From: an uncultured Myxococcaceae bacterium
GTDB lineage: Bacteria > Myxococcota_A > Polyangia > Polyangiales > Ga0077539
Assembly (NCBI GenBank): GCA_964447205.1
Contig: CAYUSB010000011.1
Location: 17,450-81,449, forward strand
Reading direction: 5' to 3'
DNA length: 64,000 nucleotides
Positions within the stretch are counted from its first letter, which is position 1. Each line of letters opens with the position of its first letter. The notes under the pieces are model-generated. The model was not told the origin of the DNA. It saw nothing but the letters and a program-made list of their open reading frames with translations, and did not search any database. A program made the position numbers and the translations under genes. This document shows positions 9,942-18,912 of this stretch, piece by piece.

Positions 9942-10537
9942 CCGACGCCGTCGAGGCCGCCCTCGACATGGCCGAGGGGGTCGCCGACGCGCTGGCCCGT
10001 CACGGCGTGGCGACGGTTCTCATCGGCGCGGCCGCGATGGCCGTGCACGGATACCCCCGGGCGACCCAGGACCTTGACCTGGCGACCGTCGACGTCCCGC
10101 TCGATACGCTCCGCGCGGTGGCCCAGGCGCTGCGCGAGGCCGGTCACGCTGTCACGCTGCGAGAGCCCGATGCGGACGACCCGCTGGGGGGGCTCCTGCG
10201 CGTCGAGGCGGGCGACGATCTCCAGGTCGACGTGGTCAACTTCGGCAACCCTTGGACGGGCGCCACACGTCGCCTCGGGCGCGCTGCGCTCGACAGCCCC
10301 ACGAGGCCCCTCGCCGGACGGCGGCTCGCGGTGGTCGACGTGCCCACCCTCGTGCTGCTCAAGCTCGCCGCCGGGGCTCGGCTCGACCTGCGCGACGCCG
10401 CCGAGCTCCTCGGACGACACCCCGGCCTCGACCACGCAGCCCTCCGCGCGCGGTGCGTCGCCCTCCGCATCGACAAGAAGCTTGACCGAGTCCTCGCCGA
10501 CCTCGCCCCGCCCGAAGACGACGAGCCGGTGCCGTAG
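9938..10537 (+). CDS. minimal nucleotidyltransferase-fold protein (copy 2)
   Basis: Motif IGAAAMAVHGYPRATQDLDLAT. 199 aa. Alternative start ATG 9968. Confidence 0.6.
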   Translation: MTDAVEAALDMAEGVADALARHGVATVLIGAAAMAVHGYPRATQDLDLATVDVPLDTLRAVAQALREAGHAVTLREPDADDPLGGLLRVEAGDDLQVDVVNFGNPWTGATRRLGRAALDSPTRPLAGRRLAVVDVPTLVLLKLAAGARLDLRDAAELLGRHPGLDHAALRARCVALRIDKKLDRVLADLAPPEDDEPVP

Positions 10538-10627
10538 CCCCCCGCACCCTCGCCCTGCACATGCCCCCACGGCGCTGCACTGCGTCGCGACCGGGGGAGT
10601 GCACGCCCCGGCCCCGTCGCCCTGCCG

Positions 10628-11968
10628 CTACCCCTCGGCGGCGAGCACCTCCCGAGCGGCCCGCTCCCCGGCCTCCAGGGCCCCTTCCAGGTAGCCCACC
10701 CACACCGTGGCGGTCTCCGTCCCCGCGAAGTGCACGCGCCCCGCAGGGGCCCGCAGCGAGGCCGCCCCGTGGGTCAACATCCCCGGGGCCGGGTTGGACA
10801 CCGGACAGCCCCCCGCCCACACGTCCTCGGCCCAGTCATAGCTGTGCACCGCCCTCGGGCGCCCGGCCTCGGCCCCAAACCACCGCACGATCTGCGCGAT
10901 CACCGCCGCCTCCCGCGCGGCCGGGTCCGTCCTCGTCCACGCCACCGCGGCCGGACCCACCACAAAACACAAGAGGGCGTGCAAGGCCCCGTCGTAGCTC
11001 CCGTTGTCGACGCAGTAGCTCACCGGCCCGTGCCCGCTCACCACCTCCCCCGACCAGCCCCGGGTTCGCCAGAAGGGCTCCGGGTACGCCACCAGGACCT
11101 TCACCGTGGCCCCCATGGGCATCCGGTCAAGGCGCCTGACCATCGTCGGGGTCAGCCCCGGGGTCCACACGATCCGCCCCCGATGCCCCGGCGGAACCGC
11201 CACCACCACCCGCCCCGCCCGCACCGTCTCCCCGTCGGCCGACACGGTGACCCCGTCGGGGTCCTGGGCGATCGTGCGCACGGGACACCCCAGGCGCACC
11301 CGATCGCCGAGGGCCGCGGCGAGGTCGAGGCTCAACGACTGGGCTCCGTCGGCGAAGCGCCTCTCCTGGGCCCCTCCCGTCACATCCACGTGGGCCCCGA
11401 ACCCGTCGCCCGTACGCAGATACCAGAGGAAATACAGGAGCGAGACCTCCGCCGGGTCGGCCCCGAAGACCGTGCGTACGGCCACGTCAAAGAGGTCGCG
11501 CAATCCCCCCGGAGGCAGCCTCCCGTCGCGCCACTGCGACAACGGGAGGGCGTCCCAGGCCAGGGCCTCCGCACACCGGGCCGGGTCCTCCGGCGGAACC
11601 CTCGCCGCCAGCCGATCGACATACGCCTTCCCGAGCGACTCGGCGATGCCGGCCAGGGTGAGTCCGCGCCCCGTGGCCTCGCGCGACACCGACGACCCGA
11701 GGTGCACCGTCCGGTCGCCCGTGACGTACGTGGGAAAGGTCTTGCGCCCGAGGGTCCGGGCCAGGGCGGCCACCCGGTGTTGCCCCGGGCCGATCCACTG
11801 CCCCCCGAGGTCGATCGTGGTCCCCTCCCAGGCCACGCTGAGCGTGCGGCCTCCCACCCGGTCGCGGGCCTCCAAGACCCGCACCGAACGCCCCCCGGCT
11901 ACCAGATCGCGGGCCGCCGCGAGACCCGAAAGCCCCGCTCCCACCACCACCACATCGACCTCGTTCAT
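10628..11968 (-). CDS. FAD-dependent amine oxidase (monoamine-oxidase-like)
   Basis: N-terminal dinucleotide-binding motif DVVVVGAGLSGLAAARDL...VLEARDRVGGR. 446 aa. Confidence 0.8.
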   Translation of the reverse strand: MNEVDVVVVGAGLSGLAAARDLVAGGRSVRVLEARDRVGGRTLSVAWEGTTIDLGGQWIGPGQHRVAALARTLGRKTFPTYVTGDRTVHLGSSVSREATGRGLTLAGIAESLGKAYVDRLAARVPPEDPARCAEALAWDALPLSQWRDGRLPPGGLRDLFDVAVRTVFGADPAEVSLLYFLWYLRTGDGFGAHVDVTGGAQERRFADGAQSLSLDLAAALGDRVRLGCPVRTIAQDPDGVTVSADGETVRAGRVVVAVPPGHRGRIVWTPGLTPTMVRRLDRMPMGATVKVLVAYPEPFWRTRGWSGEVVSGHGPVSYCVDNGSYDGALHALLCFVVGPAAVAWTRTDPAAREAAVIAQIVRWFGAEAGRPRAVHSYDWAEDVWAGGCPVSNPAPGMLTHGAASLRAPAGRVHFAGTETATVWVGYLEGALEAGERAAREVLAAEG

Positions 11969-13044
11969 CGTGCGCTCCTCGGAGAGTGTATCGGCGGGGG
12001 CCGTACGCCAGCCCCGCCCAGGTCGAGCCGCAAGATGCCTCCGTCGGGGCGGAGGTGGGTTCCGAATCGGCGGCTGCTGCGTTGCAGGAGGCTGCGGGCC
12101 CCGTCGCCCTCGGGGCCTGTGGCGAGCTGGAGGGTTCCGCGACGACCCACGACCCGTACGGGGGTGAAGGTCACCGCGCGCAGGGGGGAATGCCCCGGGC
12201 CAGGGCGTCCGAGGGTGAGGGTCAGGGCCGCCGACAGGTCGCGGGGAGGAGGCTGCGGGCCGAAGAGGAAGTTGCCCAGGGAGTACACCACGGGCCTTCC
12301 CCGGTAGACCTCGACCCCTTGAAGCACATGCGGGTGATGGCCGATGACCGCGTCGGCCCCGGCATCGATCAGGGCGTGGGCAAGGCGAACCTGGGCGGCG
12401 GTGGGTTCGTGCACGAACTCCACGCCCCAGTGCAGGGACACCAGCACCACGTCGACCGTCGGCCGCAGGGCCCGCACGGCCCCCACCGGGTCGTCGTCGA
12501 GCAGGGCCACCCGGGCCCCCGCCCCATTGGGGTGGTTGGTGTCGTACGCGAAGGCCAGGAGCCCCACCCGCAGCCCGCCGAGGGTCGTACGAAACGGCGC
12601 CCGGGCCTCGGCCGCCGTGGCCCCTGCGCCCACTGCCCGCAGCCCCGCGGCCTCGACGCAGCCCCGGGAGTCACGGGCCCCCGCGGCCCCGAGGTCGAAG
12701 GCGTGGTTGTTGGCCAGGGAGAGGGCGTCAAACCCCGCCCCCCGCAGCAGTTGGGCCCCGGCGCAGGGGGCCCGCAGGATCACCGAAGGGCGGGCCGACC
12801 GCCCCCGGGATGGGACCGGGCGCGACGACAGGACGCACTCCAGGTTGCCCACGGCCAGGTCGGCCGCGGTCAGCAGGGGTCGGACCGCGGCGAAGGGATC
12901 GTGACCGGCCCGAGCTTCGGTCATCACGGCTCCGACCAGGGCGATGTCGCCGACGGCCACCACCCGCACGGGCGGATCGGCCCCGACGCTCCGGGCTCCC
13001 AACAACAGCCCCAAGGCCAGGGCGAGACGCGGGGCCGAGGGCAT
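11965..13044 (-). CDS. CapA-family metallophosphoesterase-like protein with signal peptide
   Basis: ATG 13044 (MPSAPRLALALGLLLGA). Motifs VGDIAL, GNLE, NNHAFD, SLHWG and GHHPHV. Stop overlaps the amine oxidase start (ATGA). Confidence 0.7.
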   Translation of the reverse strand: MPSAPRLALALGLLLGARSVGADPPVRVVAVGDIALVGAVMTEARAGHDPFAAVRPLLTAADLAVGNLECVLSSRPVPSRGRSARPSVILRAPCAGAQLLRGAGFDALSLANNHAFDLGAAGARDSRGCVEAAGLRAVGAGATAAEARAPFRTTLGGLRVGLLAFAYDTNHPNGAGARVALLDDDPVGAVRALRPTVDVVLVSLHWGVEFVHEPTAAQVRLAHALIDAGADAVIGHHPHVLQGVEVYRGRPVVYSLGNFLFGPQPPPRDLSAALTLTLGRPGPGHSPLRAVTFTPVRVVGRRGTLQLATGPEGDGARSLLQRSSRRFGTHLRPDGGILRLDLGGAGVRPPPIHSPRSAR

Positions 13045-13049
13045 CGGGC

Positions 13050-14594
13050 TCACTCCCGCACGAGCACGAAGAGGTACTCCCCCGCCCGCGCAGCCCCTTG
13101 CGTGGCATAGGTGTCGAGCACGAAGCGGTGGGTCCCTGGGGCCAGGGTGGCGGTGAGGATGCGGTCGTCGCGGAGCACGCAAGCCGCCCCGTCGAACCCG
13201 GGTCCGCGCAGGAGGTGGAGGTCGATGTCGGTGGTCCCGCGTACGATGACCATGGCCCGCACCCGGGTGGTCTCGGTCACGGTGATCGTGTAGTGAAGCT
13301 CAGGGCCCGACTCGTCGGCGGCGCTGTTGCAGCCGGGGTACCGGTCGATGCGGTCTTCGCCCGCGGCTCGGGTGTCGCGCAGGTCGGAGAAGGGCAACCC
13401 CCCGATCACGAAGGGCGTCCGGGAGGTTCCGTCGCCCTGGAGGTGGAGGGCGGCGAGGTCGGGGTCGGGGGCCCTGCCTGCCAGGGCCTGCCGGACCCGA
13501 TCGAGCGACTCCAGGGTGAGGAGGTTGCGCTGGTTGAAGCCATACCGCAGCCCGGCGGGGCTGAACACACACCCCCGGGCCCCGCCCGCGCTGTAGGTGT
13601 TCATGTGGATGCCGTCGGACCCGAGGCCGTGTCCAGGGAGGGGGCGCAAGACCCGCTCGAGGTCGACGAAGGGGAGCTGTCGACCCTGGGCCACGGCCCG
13701 CATGATGGCCACGTACCGCGGAACCCACGCGTCGGCCGTGGGGCTGTCGTCGCGCGGGGGGATGGCGGTAAACATCGCGATCACCCCTTGGGCCCGCAGG
13801 ACATCGGCGATCTCCCAGAGGTTTTGCCCGTACCGGTGCCAGTTTTGAGACTGGATGTCGTTGGTGCCAAACATCACCACGGCCACCCGGGGGTCGGCGG
13901 CGTCGACCTCGCGCTGGAGCGGGGAGGGGGTTCCTTGCAGGGAAGACCACGCGCTCCAGCCTACGGTGGCCGCGAGGCTCGTGCGGGTGAAGGCCGAGGC
14001 CCCGGCGATGCGGCCCTCGCGGTTGAAATCAAGGGTGGGACGCAGGGCCTCGCGACCCCCAAGGTCGACGTTGGAGCCCGCAAAACAGTGGAGGAAATTG
14101 CTGTTGACGGTGTTCGACGCCCCGACCTTCGCGAGCACCCGATCGTCGCGACGCCGCACCCCCGCCACGGCCCGCAGCCCCGCCGCCACCGACGCCGTCA
14201 TCGGCGACTGAACCCTCTCCCCCGGGTACAACACCGGCCCCGTCGCCCCGCTCGTCCCTCCCGCGTCCGCCCCCACATCGGGTGTCCCCGCGTCGGTCCC
14301 CGTGTCCGTCCCTCCCGCGTCGGTCCCTGCGTCGCGTGCTCCCGCGTCGAGCCCCCCTGCGTCCGTCCCAGCGTCGCGGGCTCCCCCCTCGGCCCCGCCC
14401 ACGTCGTGCACCCCGGCATCCACCGCACCCGCATCGACTGCACCCGCATCGACCGCACCCGCATCGACCGCACCCGCATCCAACGCGGGGACATCGTCGT
14501 CCGGGGTCTCCTCGACCGGGGCGCAGCCGAGCCCGAGGACCGCCAGGGCGACCCCGCACAGCCTTCGCTCCCCGCGTTGCGCCGAAGCCAACAC
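13050..14594 (-). CDS. secreted SGNH/GDSL-like hydrolase with C-terminal PPC-like domain
   Basis: Signal LAVLGLGC. Asp/Ala/Gly linker with DAGAV repeats. VVMFGTNDI block. C-terminal beta-rich domain (TTDIDLHLL...GEYLFVLV). Confidence 0.6.
   Translation of the reverse strand: MLASAQRGERRLCGVALAVLGLGCAPVEETPDDDVPALDAGAVDAGAVDAGAVDAGAVDAGVHDVGGAEGGARDAGTDAGGLDAGARDAGTDAGGTDTGTDAGTPDVGADAGGTSGATGPVLYPGERVQSPMTASVAAGLRAVAGVRRRDDRVLAKVGASNTVNSNFLHCFAGSNVDLGGREALRPTLDFNREGRIAGASAFTRTSLAATVGWSAWSSLQGTPSPLQREVDAADPRVAVVMFGTNDIQSQNWHRYGQNLWEIADVLRAQGVIAMFTAIPPRDDSPTADAWVPRYVAIMRAVAQGRQLPFVDLERVLRPLPGHGLGSDGIHMNTYSAGGARGCVFSPAGLRYGFNQRNLLTLESLDRVRQALAGRAPDPDLAALHLQGDGTSRTPFVIGGLPFSDLRDTRAAGEDRIDRYPGCNSAADESGPELHYTITVTETTRVRAMVIVRGTTDIDLHLLRGPGFDGAACVLRDDRILTATLAPGTHRFVLDTYATQGAARAGEYLFVLVRE
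14409..14485. repeat. 15-bp tandem repeat (about 5 units) inside the hydrolase gene
   Basis: Units CACCCGCATCGAC(C/T)G at 14426, 14441 and 14456, plus degenerate flanking units. Encodes (DAGAV)n on the minus strand. Confidence 0.8.
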
Positions 14595-14634
14595 CGCCCC
14601 GATGCCCCTCCTCGTCCCGCGTCCCCGCCGACTC

Positions 14635-15108
14635 CTACTTCGCCGCCTTCGGGTCGTGCCGCACCGTCAACACCGGAACCCTCGCCTCCCGCACCAGCCG
14701 CTCGGTCACCGACCCCAACATCAGCTTCGCGAAGCCCGTCCGCCCGTGGGTCCCCAGGACCAGGAGATCGGCCTTCTCCCGGGCGGCCACGTCGAGCACC
14801 GTCGACACCGCCGGGCCGATCTCCACCACATGGCGCACCTTCACCGTCGGGGCGACCCCCGCGGCCTCGCAGTCCGCGCTCATCCAGCCCAGGGCCTGAT
14901 CGCGCGTAAAATCCTGCAACGACATCGCCATCCCCGTGCCCTCGGGGCGGATCATCGTGCCCGCGTCGAGCACCGGAGGCAGCTCGGCCACGTGCAGCAG
15001 CACCAGGTGTGCGTCGCACATCACCGCGAGCTCCGCCGCCGTGTGCAGGGCCGCCCTCGACCCGTCGGAGAAATCGGTCGGTACCAGGATGGTCTTCCAG
15101 TGCAGCAT
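14635..15108 (-). CDS. universal stress protein (UspA family)
   Basis: 157-aa C-terminal part of the 14635..16158 ORF, from ATG 15108: MLHWKTILVPTDFSDGS...LLVLGTHGRTGFAKLMLGSVTERLVREARVPVLTV. Confidence 0.85.
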   Translation of the reverse strand: MLHWKTILVPTDFSDGSRAALHTAAELAVMCDAHLVLLHVAELPPVLDAGTMIRPEGTGMAMSLQDFTRDQALGWMSADCEAAGVAPTVKVRHVVEIGPAVSTVLDVAAREKADLLVLGTHGRTGFAKLMLGSVTERLVREARVPVLTVRHDPKAAK

Positions 15109-15222
15109 CGCAGTCGTCTCCGTCTCGGCGTCAATCCCGGCAGCCTGCGGCCGCCCTCGACGCCCGTCGGCCGGGCGCATCCCAGCATACCCCTCCGCCG
15201 CATGGGGTCCACAGCCGCGGCC

Positions 15223-16218
15223 ATGAGTGATACAGTCGCGCCCCGCGTGATCTACTACGACCCGCACCACTGGAGGGACCACTTTTTCGACATCCGCGGC
15301 TCGATGGTCCAGGCCATCGGGGCCCGTTCGCTGGCCGCCACGGGCTTCTCGACGGTCTTCGTGCTCGTGCACCACTTCGTCGTGGCCATCCCGACCATCG
15401 AGAAGGTGCACGGCTTCGTGGGGCCGGCCCTGGCCCTGCTCCTGGTGTTTCGCACCAACGCCTCGTACGACCGCTTCTGGGAGGCCCGAAAGCTCTGGGG
15501 CTCCATCGTCAACGAGAGCCGCAACGTCACCCGTGACGCCGTGGTCCTGCTCGGGTCCGACCCGGCCCTGCTCGCCCGGATGATCCGTTGGAGCATCGCC
15601 TTCCCCTATGCGGCCATGCACCACCTCCGCGGCAAACGCGGCCTCGGTCCCATGGAGGCGGAGCTCCCCCGCGACGAGATGCTCCACGTCCGCGACGCCC
15701 AGCACCCGCCCCTGGCCTGCGCCATCCAGATCTCTCGCTGCATCAACGAGGGGCGCCGGGCGGGCCACATCGACTCCGTGCTCCAGGCCGCCCTCGACCA
15801 CAACAATCAGGTCCTCATCGACTGCATGGGGGCCTGCGAGCGCATCCTCAAGACCCCGCTGCCCTTCGCGTACGTCGTGCACCTGCGCCGGGCCCTGATG
15901 CTCTACTGCGCCACCCTGCCCTGCTCGCTCTTGCAGTACTTCGGCCTCGGGGCCATCCCCCTGACCCTGGCGGTGTCGTTCGTGCTCCTGGGCATCGAGG
16001 AGATCGGGGTGGAGATCGAGGAGCCCTTCGGCACCGACGACAACGACCTGCCCCTGGAGGACATCTGCGCGGCCATCGAGGCCAACCTCCGGGCGTACAT
16101 CCCCAAGGACGCCCCGGCCCCCTCGCGCACCGCCGGGTCGACCCTCACCCCCGCCCACACCGCGGCCCTCGCGGCCGAGGGGGCCTCGACGAAGCCGATG
16201 CCGGGAGCCCCCGCGTGA
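15223..16218 (+). CDS. bestrophin/UPF0187-family ion channel
   Basis: Sequence FRTNASYDRFWEARKLWG..., TM segments, IEEIGVEIEEPFG motif. Alternative start ATG 15202. Confidence 0.7.
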   Translation: MSDTVAPRVIYYDPHHWRDHFFDIRGSMVQAIGARSLAATGFSTVFVLVHHFVVAIPTIEKVHGFVGPALALLLVFRTNASYDRFWEARKLWGSIVNESRNVTRDAVVLLGSDPALLARMIRWSIAFPYAAMHHLRGKRGLGPMEAELPRDEMLHVRDAQHPPLACAIQISRCINEGRRAGHIDSVLQAALDHNNQVLIDCMGACERILKTPLPFAYVVHLRRALMLYCATLPCSLLQYFGLGAIPLTLAVSFVLLGIEEIGVEIEEPFGTDDNDLPLEDICAAIEANLRAYIPKDAPAPSRTAGSTLTPAHTAALAAEGASTKPMPGAPA

Positions 16219-16784
16219 GCGTCCCCCGACCGCCTCTCCCCCTGAGCGCCCTCGGATACCGCAGCGGCCCCGGCCACGACCCCGAGGCCTACAGGAGCCT
16301 CGCCCGTCGCCTCGCCGCGAGCGTCACCGTGGTGACCACACTGCGCCCCGATCCGACCGGGCCGTGGGTGCCCGACGGGTTTACGGCCACCGCGTTTCTG
16401 ACCGTGTCGATGGCGCCCCCCATCGTGCTCGTGAGCGCCACCAACGCCTCGAGCGCGATGGCCATGCTCCGCGGGGCCCGGCACTTTGTCGTCAACCTCT
16501 TGTCTTCCGCCCAGCAGCCCCTGGCCGAGGCCTTCGCCGCCCACGAGGAGACCCGGGACCGGGTCTTCGAGGCCGTCTCCTGGGCCCCCGACGCCGCGGG
16601 TGTTCCGGTGTTGGCGGGGGGCCTCGGGGCCTTCAGCGCACGGGTTCGGCAGCAGGTCGACGCGGGCGATCACACCCTCGTGCTCGGGGACGTGACGGCC
16701 GTGCACCTCGGGCCCGACGACCCCCCCGGGTCGGCCGTGCTCCTCTACCACAACCGGGCCTACGGGACGGTCGGGGAGCCCTGA
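16215..16784 (+). CDS. flavin reductase-like FMN-binding protein
   Basis: GTG 16215 overlaps the bestrophin stop (GTGA). Sequence SVTVVTT...GFTATAFLTVSMAPPIVLVS...HFVVNLL...GDHTLVLGDV. Confidence 0.65.
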   Translation: MSVPRPPLPLSALGYRSGPGHDPEAYRSLARRLAASVTVVTTLRPDPTGPWVPDGFTATAFLTVSMAPPIVLVSATNASSAMAMLRGARHFVVNLLSSAQQPLAEAFAAHEETRDRVFEAVSWAPDAAGVPVLAGGLGAFSARVRQQVDAGDHTLVLGDVTAVHLGPDDPPGSAVLLYHNRAYGTVGEP

Positions 16785-16788
16785 CCGG

Positions 16789-17901
16789 TCAGCGTAGCCC
16801 GAGCTCCTGGGCCAGGGCGTACACCGTCGCCATCGACGGGGACCCCTCCCCCCGGGCCAACCCATGAACCCTCGCCTGAGCCGCCGCGTTGACGGGGGTG
16901 GCGATCCCGTGGAGGGCTCCCCGCGTGACCACCTCGCCGTTGAGGTAGTCGACCGCGGGGGGACGGCCCCGCTCCAGGGCCGAGAGCATCGACGAGCGCA
17001 TCCGCCGGTAGCGGGCCCCCACGGCCAGGAGCATGGTGTGTTTGGCGAAGAGCCCTGGCGACCCGAGGCTGTGGGTCTCGCGTTCGGTGAGGGCGATCCA
17101 GTCGAGGTCGAGGGTCCCGCTCACCTTCTCCAGCCGAACCCCCTCGGCGTGGGCCACCCGCACCGTCTCGGTCATCAGGTGCAGGGCCAGGCGGCGTACG
17201 GTGAGGCTCACCATGAGCGATCCGAGGCGCTGGCCGCCGAGCGTCCCGAGGGTGCTGATGGCGCAGTTGATGGCGAGCTTGCTCCAGCGGGCCCCGGCGA
17301 AGTTGGGGGAGATGGCCACCGGGCCGATGCACCCGAGGGCCGCCGCGAGCTCGGGCAGGCGCGGGTCGTCGCAGTTGTCGAGCCGGCCGAGGGAGAAGCC
17401 CCCCCGGGCCGTGCGCTCGTACAGGCCCGGCTCGGGCATCGTAGCCCCCCAGGCCACCACCGCCCCCAGAACCCGCCCAGGGCCCAGGAGGGGCGCCACC
17501 CGGGCTTCGCAGAGGCCGTTCTGGAAGCACACCGCGGCCCCGTCGGGGCGCAGGGCCGGGGCGATCTGCGCGGCCGCCTCCTCCACCTGGGGGGGCTGCA
17601 CGGCCAGGAGGGCGTAGTCAAAGAGACTCTCTCCCTCCAGGCGCGTCACGCACCGTCCCGCCACGGTCCGAACCCCGTCCACCCCCACCACCCGATACCC
17701 CCGGGCGTTGACGGCCTCGGCGATGCCCGCGTTGGTCGTGTAGCTCACCACCTCGCCGCCGCGGGGGCCGAGGTGTTCGGTCAGGGCCGCCGCGGCCACG
17801 CCCCCGATGCCGCCGCAGCCCACCACCACGACCCGCAACGGGCGATCGGGTGCTCCGCCAGGGGTTCCAGTGCTCCCAGTGCTCACGATGCCCTTCCGCA
17901 T
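16789..17901 (-). CDS. 2-dehydropantoate 2-reductase family (ApbA/PanE-like)
   Basis: ATG 17901. Rossmann motif VVVVGCGGIGG. WSKLAINCAISTLG block typical of ketopantoate reductases. Confidence 0.65.
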   Translation of the reverse strand: MRKGIVSTGSTGTPGGAPDRPLRVVVVGCGGIGGVAAAALTEHLGPRGGEVVSYTTNAGIAEAVNARGYRVVGVDGVRTVAGRCVTRLEGESLFDYALLAVQPPQVEEAAAQIAPALRPDGAAVCFQNGLCEARVAPLLGPGRVLGAVVAWGATMPEPGLYERTARGGFSLGRLDNCDDPRLPELAAALGCIGPVAISPNFAGARWSKLAINCAISTLGTLGGQRLGSLMVSLTVRRLALHLMTETVRVAHAEGVRLEKVSGTLDLDWIALTERETHSLGSPGLFAKHTMLLAVGARYRRMRSSMLSALERGRPPAVDYLNGEVVTRGALHGIATPVNAAAQARVHGLARGEGSPSMATVYALAQELGLR

Positions 17902-17971
17902 ACACCAACCCGACGCCCGGCGCAGCGTCCTGTGTTGACGCGCCCCTCCCCCGCGACCAGTCTCCGACGCG

Positions 17972-18757
17972 ATGCGACACAGCCCCGATGAGGCCCTGCG
18001 CGACACCGTGGGCACCCCCGACACCCTGGCCGAAGGCGACACCGTGCGCCTCGACGCCACGGCCGCGGCGGCCCTCCGGATGCGCAAGGTCAACGTAAAA
18101 GAAGCCTTCACCCTGCGCGACGGGGCCGGCCAGTACTTCCGGGCGGCCCTCCAGGGCCTCGACGCCAACGGGGCCAAGGCCCTCGCCTACGCCCGCATGG
18201 ACCTCTGCCCCGAGTCGCCCCTGCGCATCACCCTCGTGTGCGCGGTGCTCCAGCGACAACGGATGCTCGTGGTGGCCCAGAAGGCCGCCGAGCTCGGGGT
18301 GTGGACCCTGCAACCCGTGGTGACGCTCAAGTCGGTGCAGATGGACGGGCTCGGGCACGAAAAGGCCCACGCCTGGCCGGGGCAGAGCCTCAAGGGGTCG
18401 CGGCAGTGTCGGCGCGGCAGGGTGCCGGCGGTGGGGGAGACCGTGACCCTGGAGGCGTGCTTCGAGGCCCCGTGGTGGACCTCCGCGGCCGTGAGGGTCT
18501 TCCTCGACGACCGCTCGGCCCCCGAGGCCGCCGCGGCCCTCGACGCCCTGGCCGCCGCCCCGCCGCCCCGCGACCTCATCCTCGTGGTCGGCCCCGAAGG
18601 CGGGTTCGCCGACGTCGAACGGGCCGCCCTGCGCGCCGCCAACGCCCTGCCCCTGCGCCTCGGGGGACGGGTTCTGCGGGCCGAGACCGCGGTCTTCGCC
18701 GGGCTCTCCGTGCTCCAACACCGCCTCGGCGACATGGGATGGCCGACCAACGACTGA
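17972..18757 (+). CDS. rsmE: 16S rRNA (uracil1498-N3)-methyltransferase
   Basis: 261 aa. C-terminal SPOUT motif LVVGPEGGFADVE...LGGRVLRAETA. Confidence 0.75.
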   Translation: MRHSPDEALRDTVGTPDTLAEGDTVRLDATAAAALRMRKVNVKEAFTLRDGAGQYFRAALQGLDANGAKALAYARMDLCPESPLRITLVCAVLQRQRMLVVAQKAAELGVWTLQPVVTLKSVQMDGLGHEKAHAWPGQSLKGSRQCRRGRVPAVGETVTLEACFEAPWWTSAAVRVFLDDRSAPEAAAALDALAAAPPPRDLILVVGPEGGFADVERAALRAANALPLRLGGRVLRAETAVFAGLSVLQHRLGDMGWPTND

Positions 18758-18912
18758 GCCCCTGTGACCACCCCGCGGGCCCCGGCGTAGTCCCCGCACC
18801 ACCCCGATGAACCCACGACCCCCTAACTCCAGATTGTGACGCGGATGGGTTTCGTTACGGCTCAAAACAGGACAGACTCCCTTCAAGAGGGAGTTCCCTT
18901 CGACGGGTACCC

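Noticed and set aside
10730-14909. Long plus-strand ORFs 10730..12307, 11106..12167, 11986..13110 and 12810..14909
   Set aside because: All lie antisense to well-supported minus-strand genes (amine oxidase, CapA-like, SGNH hydrolase) and have Arg/Pro/Gly-dominated products.
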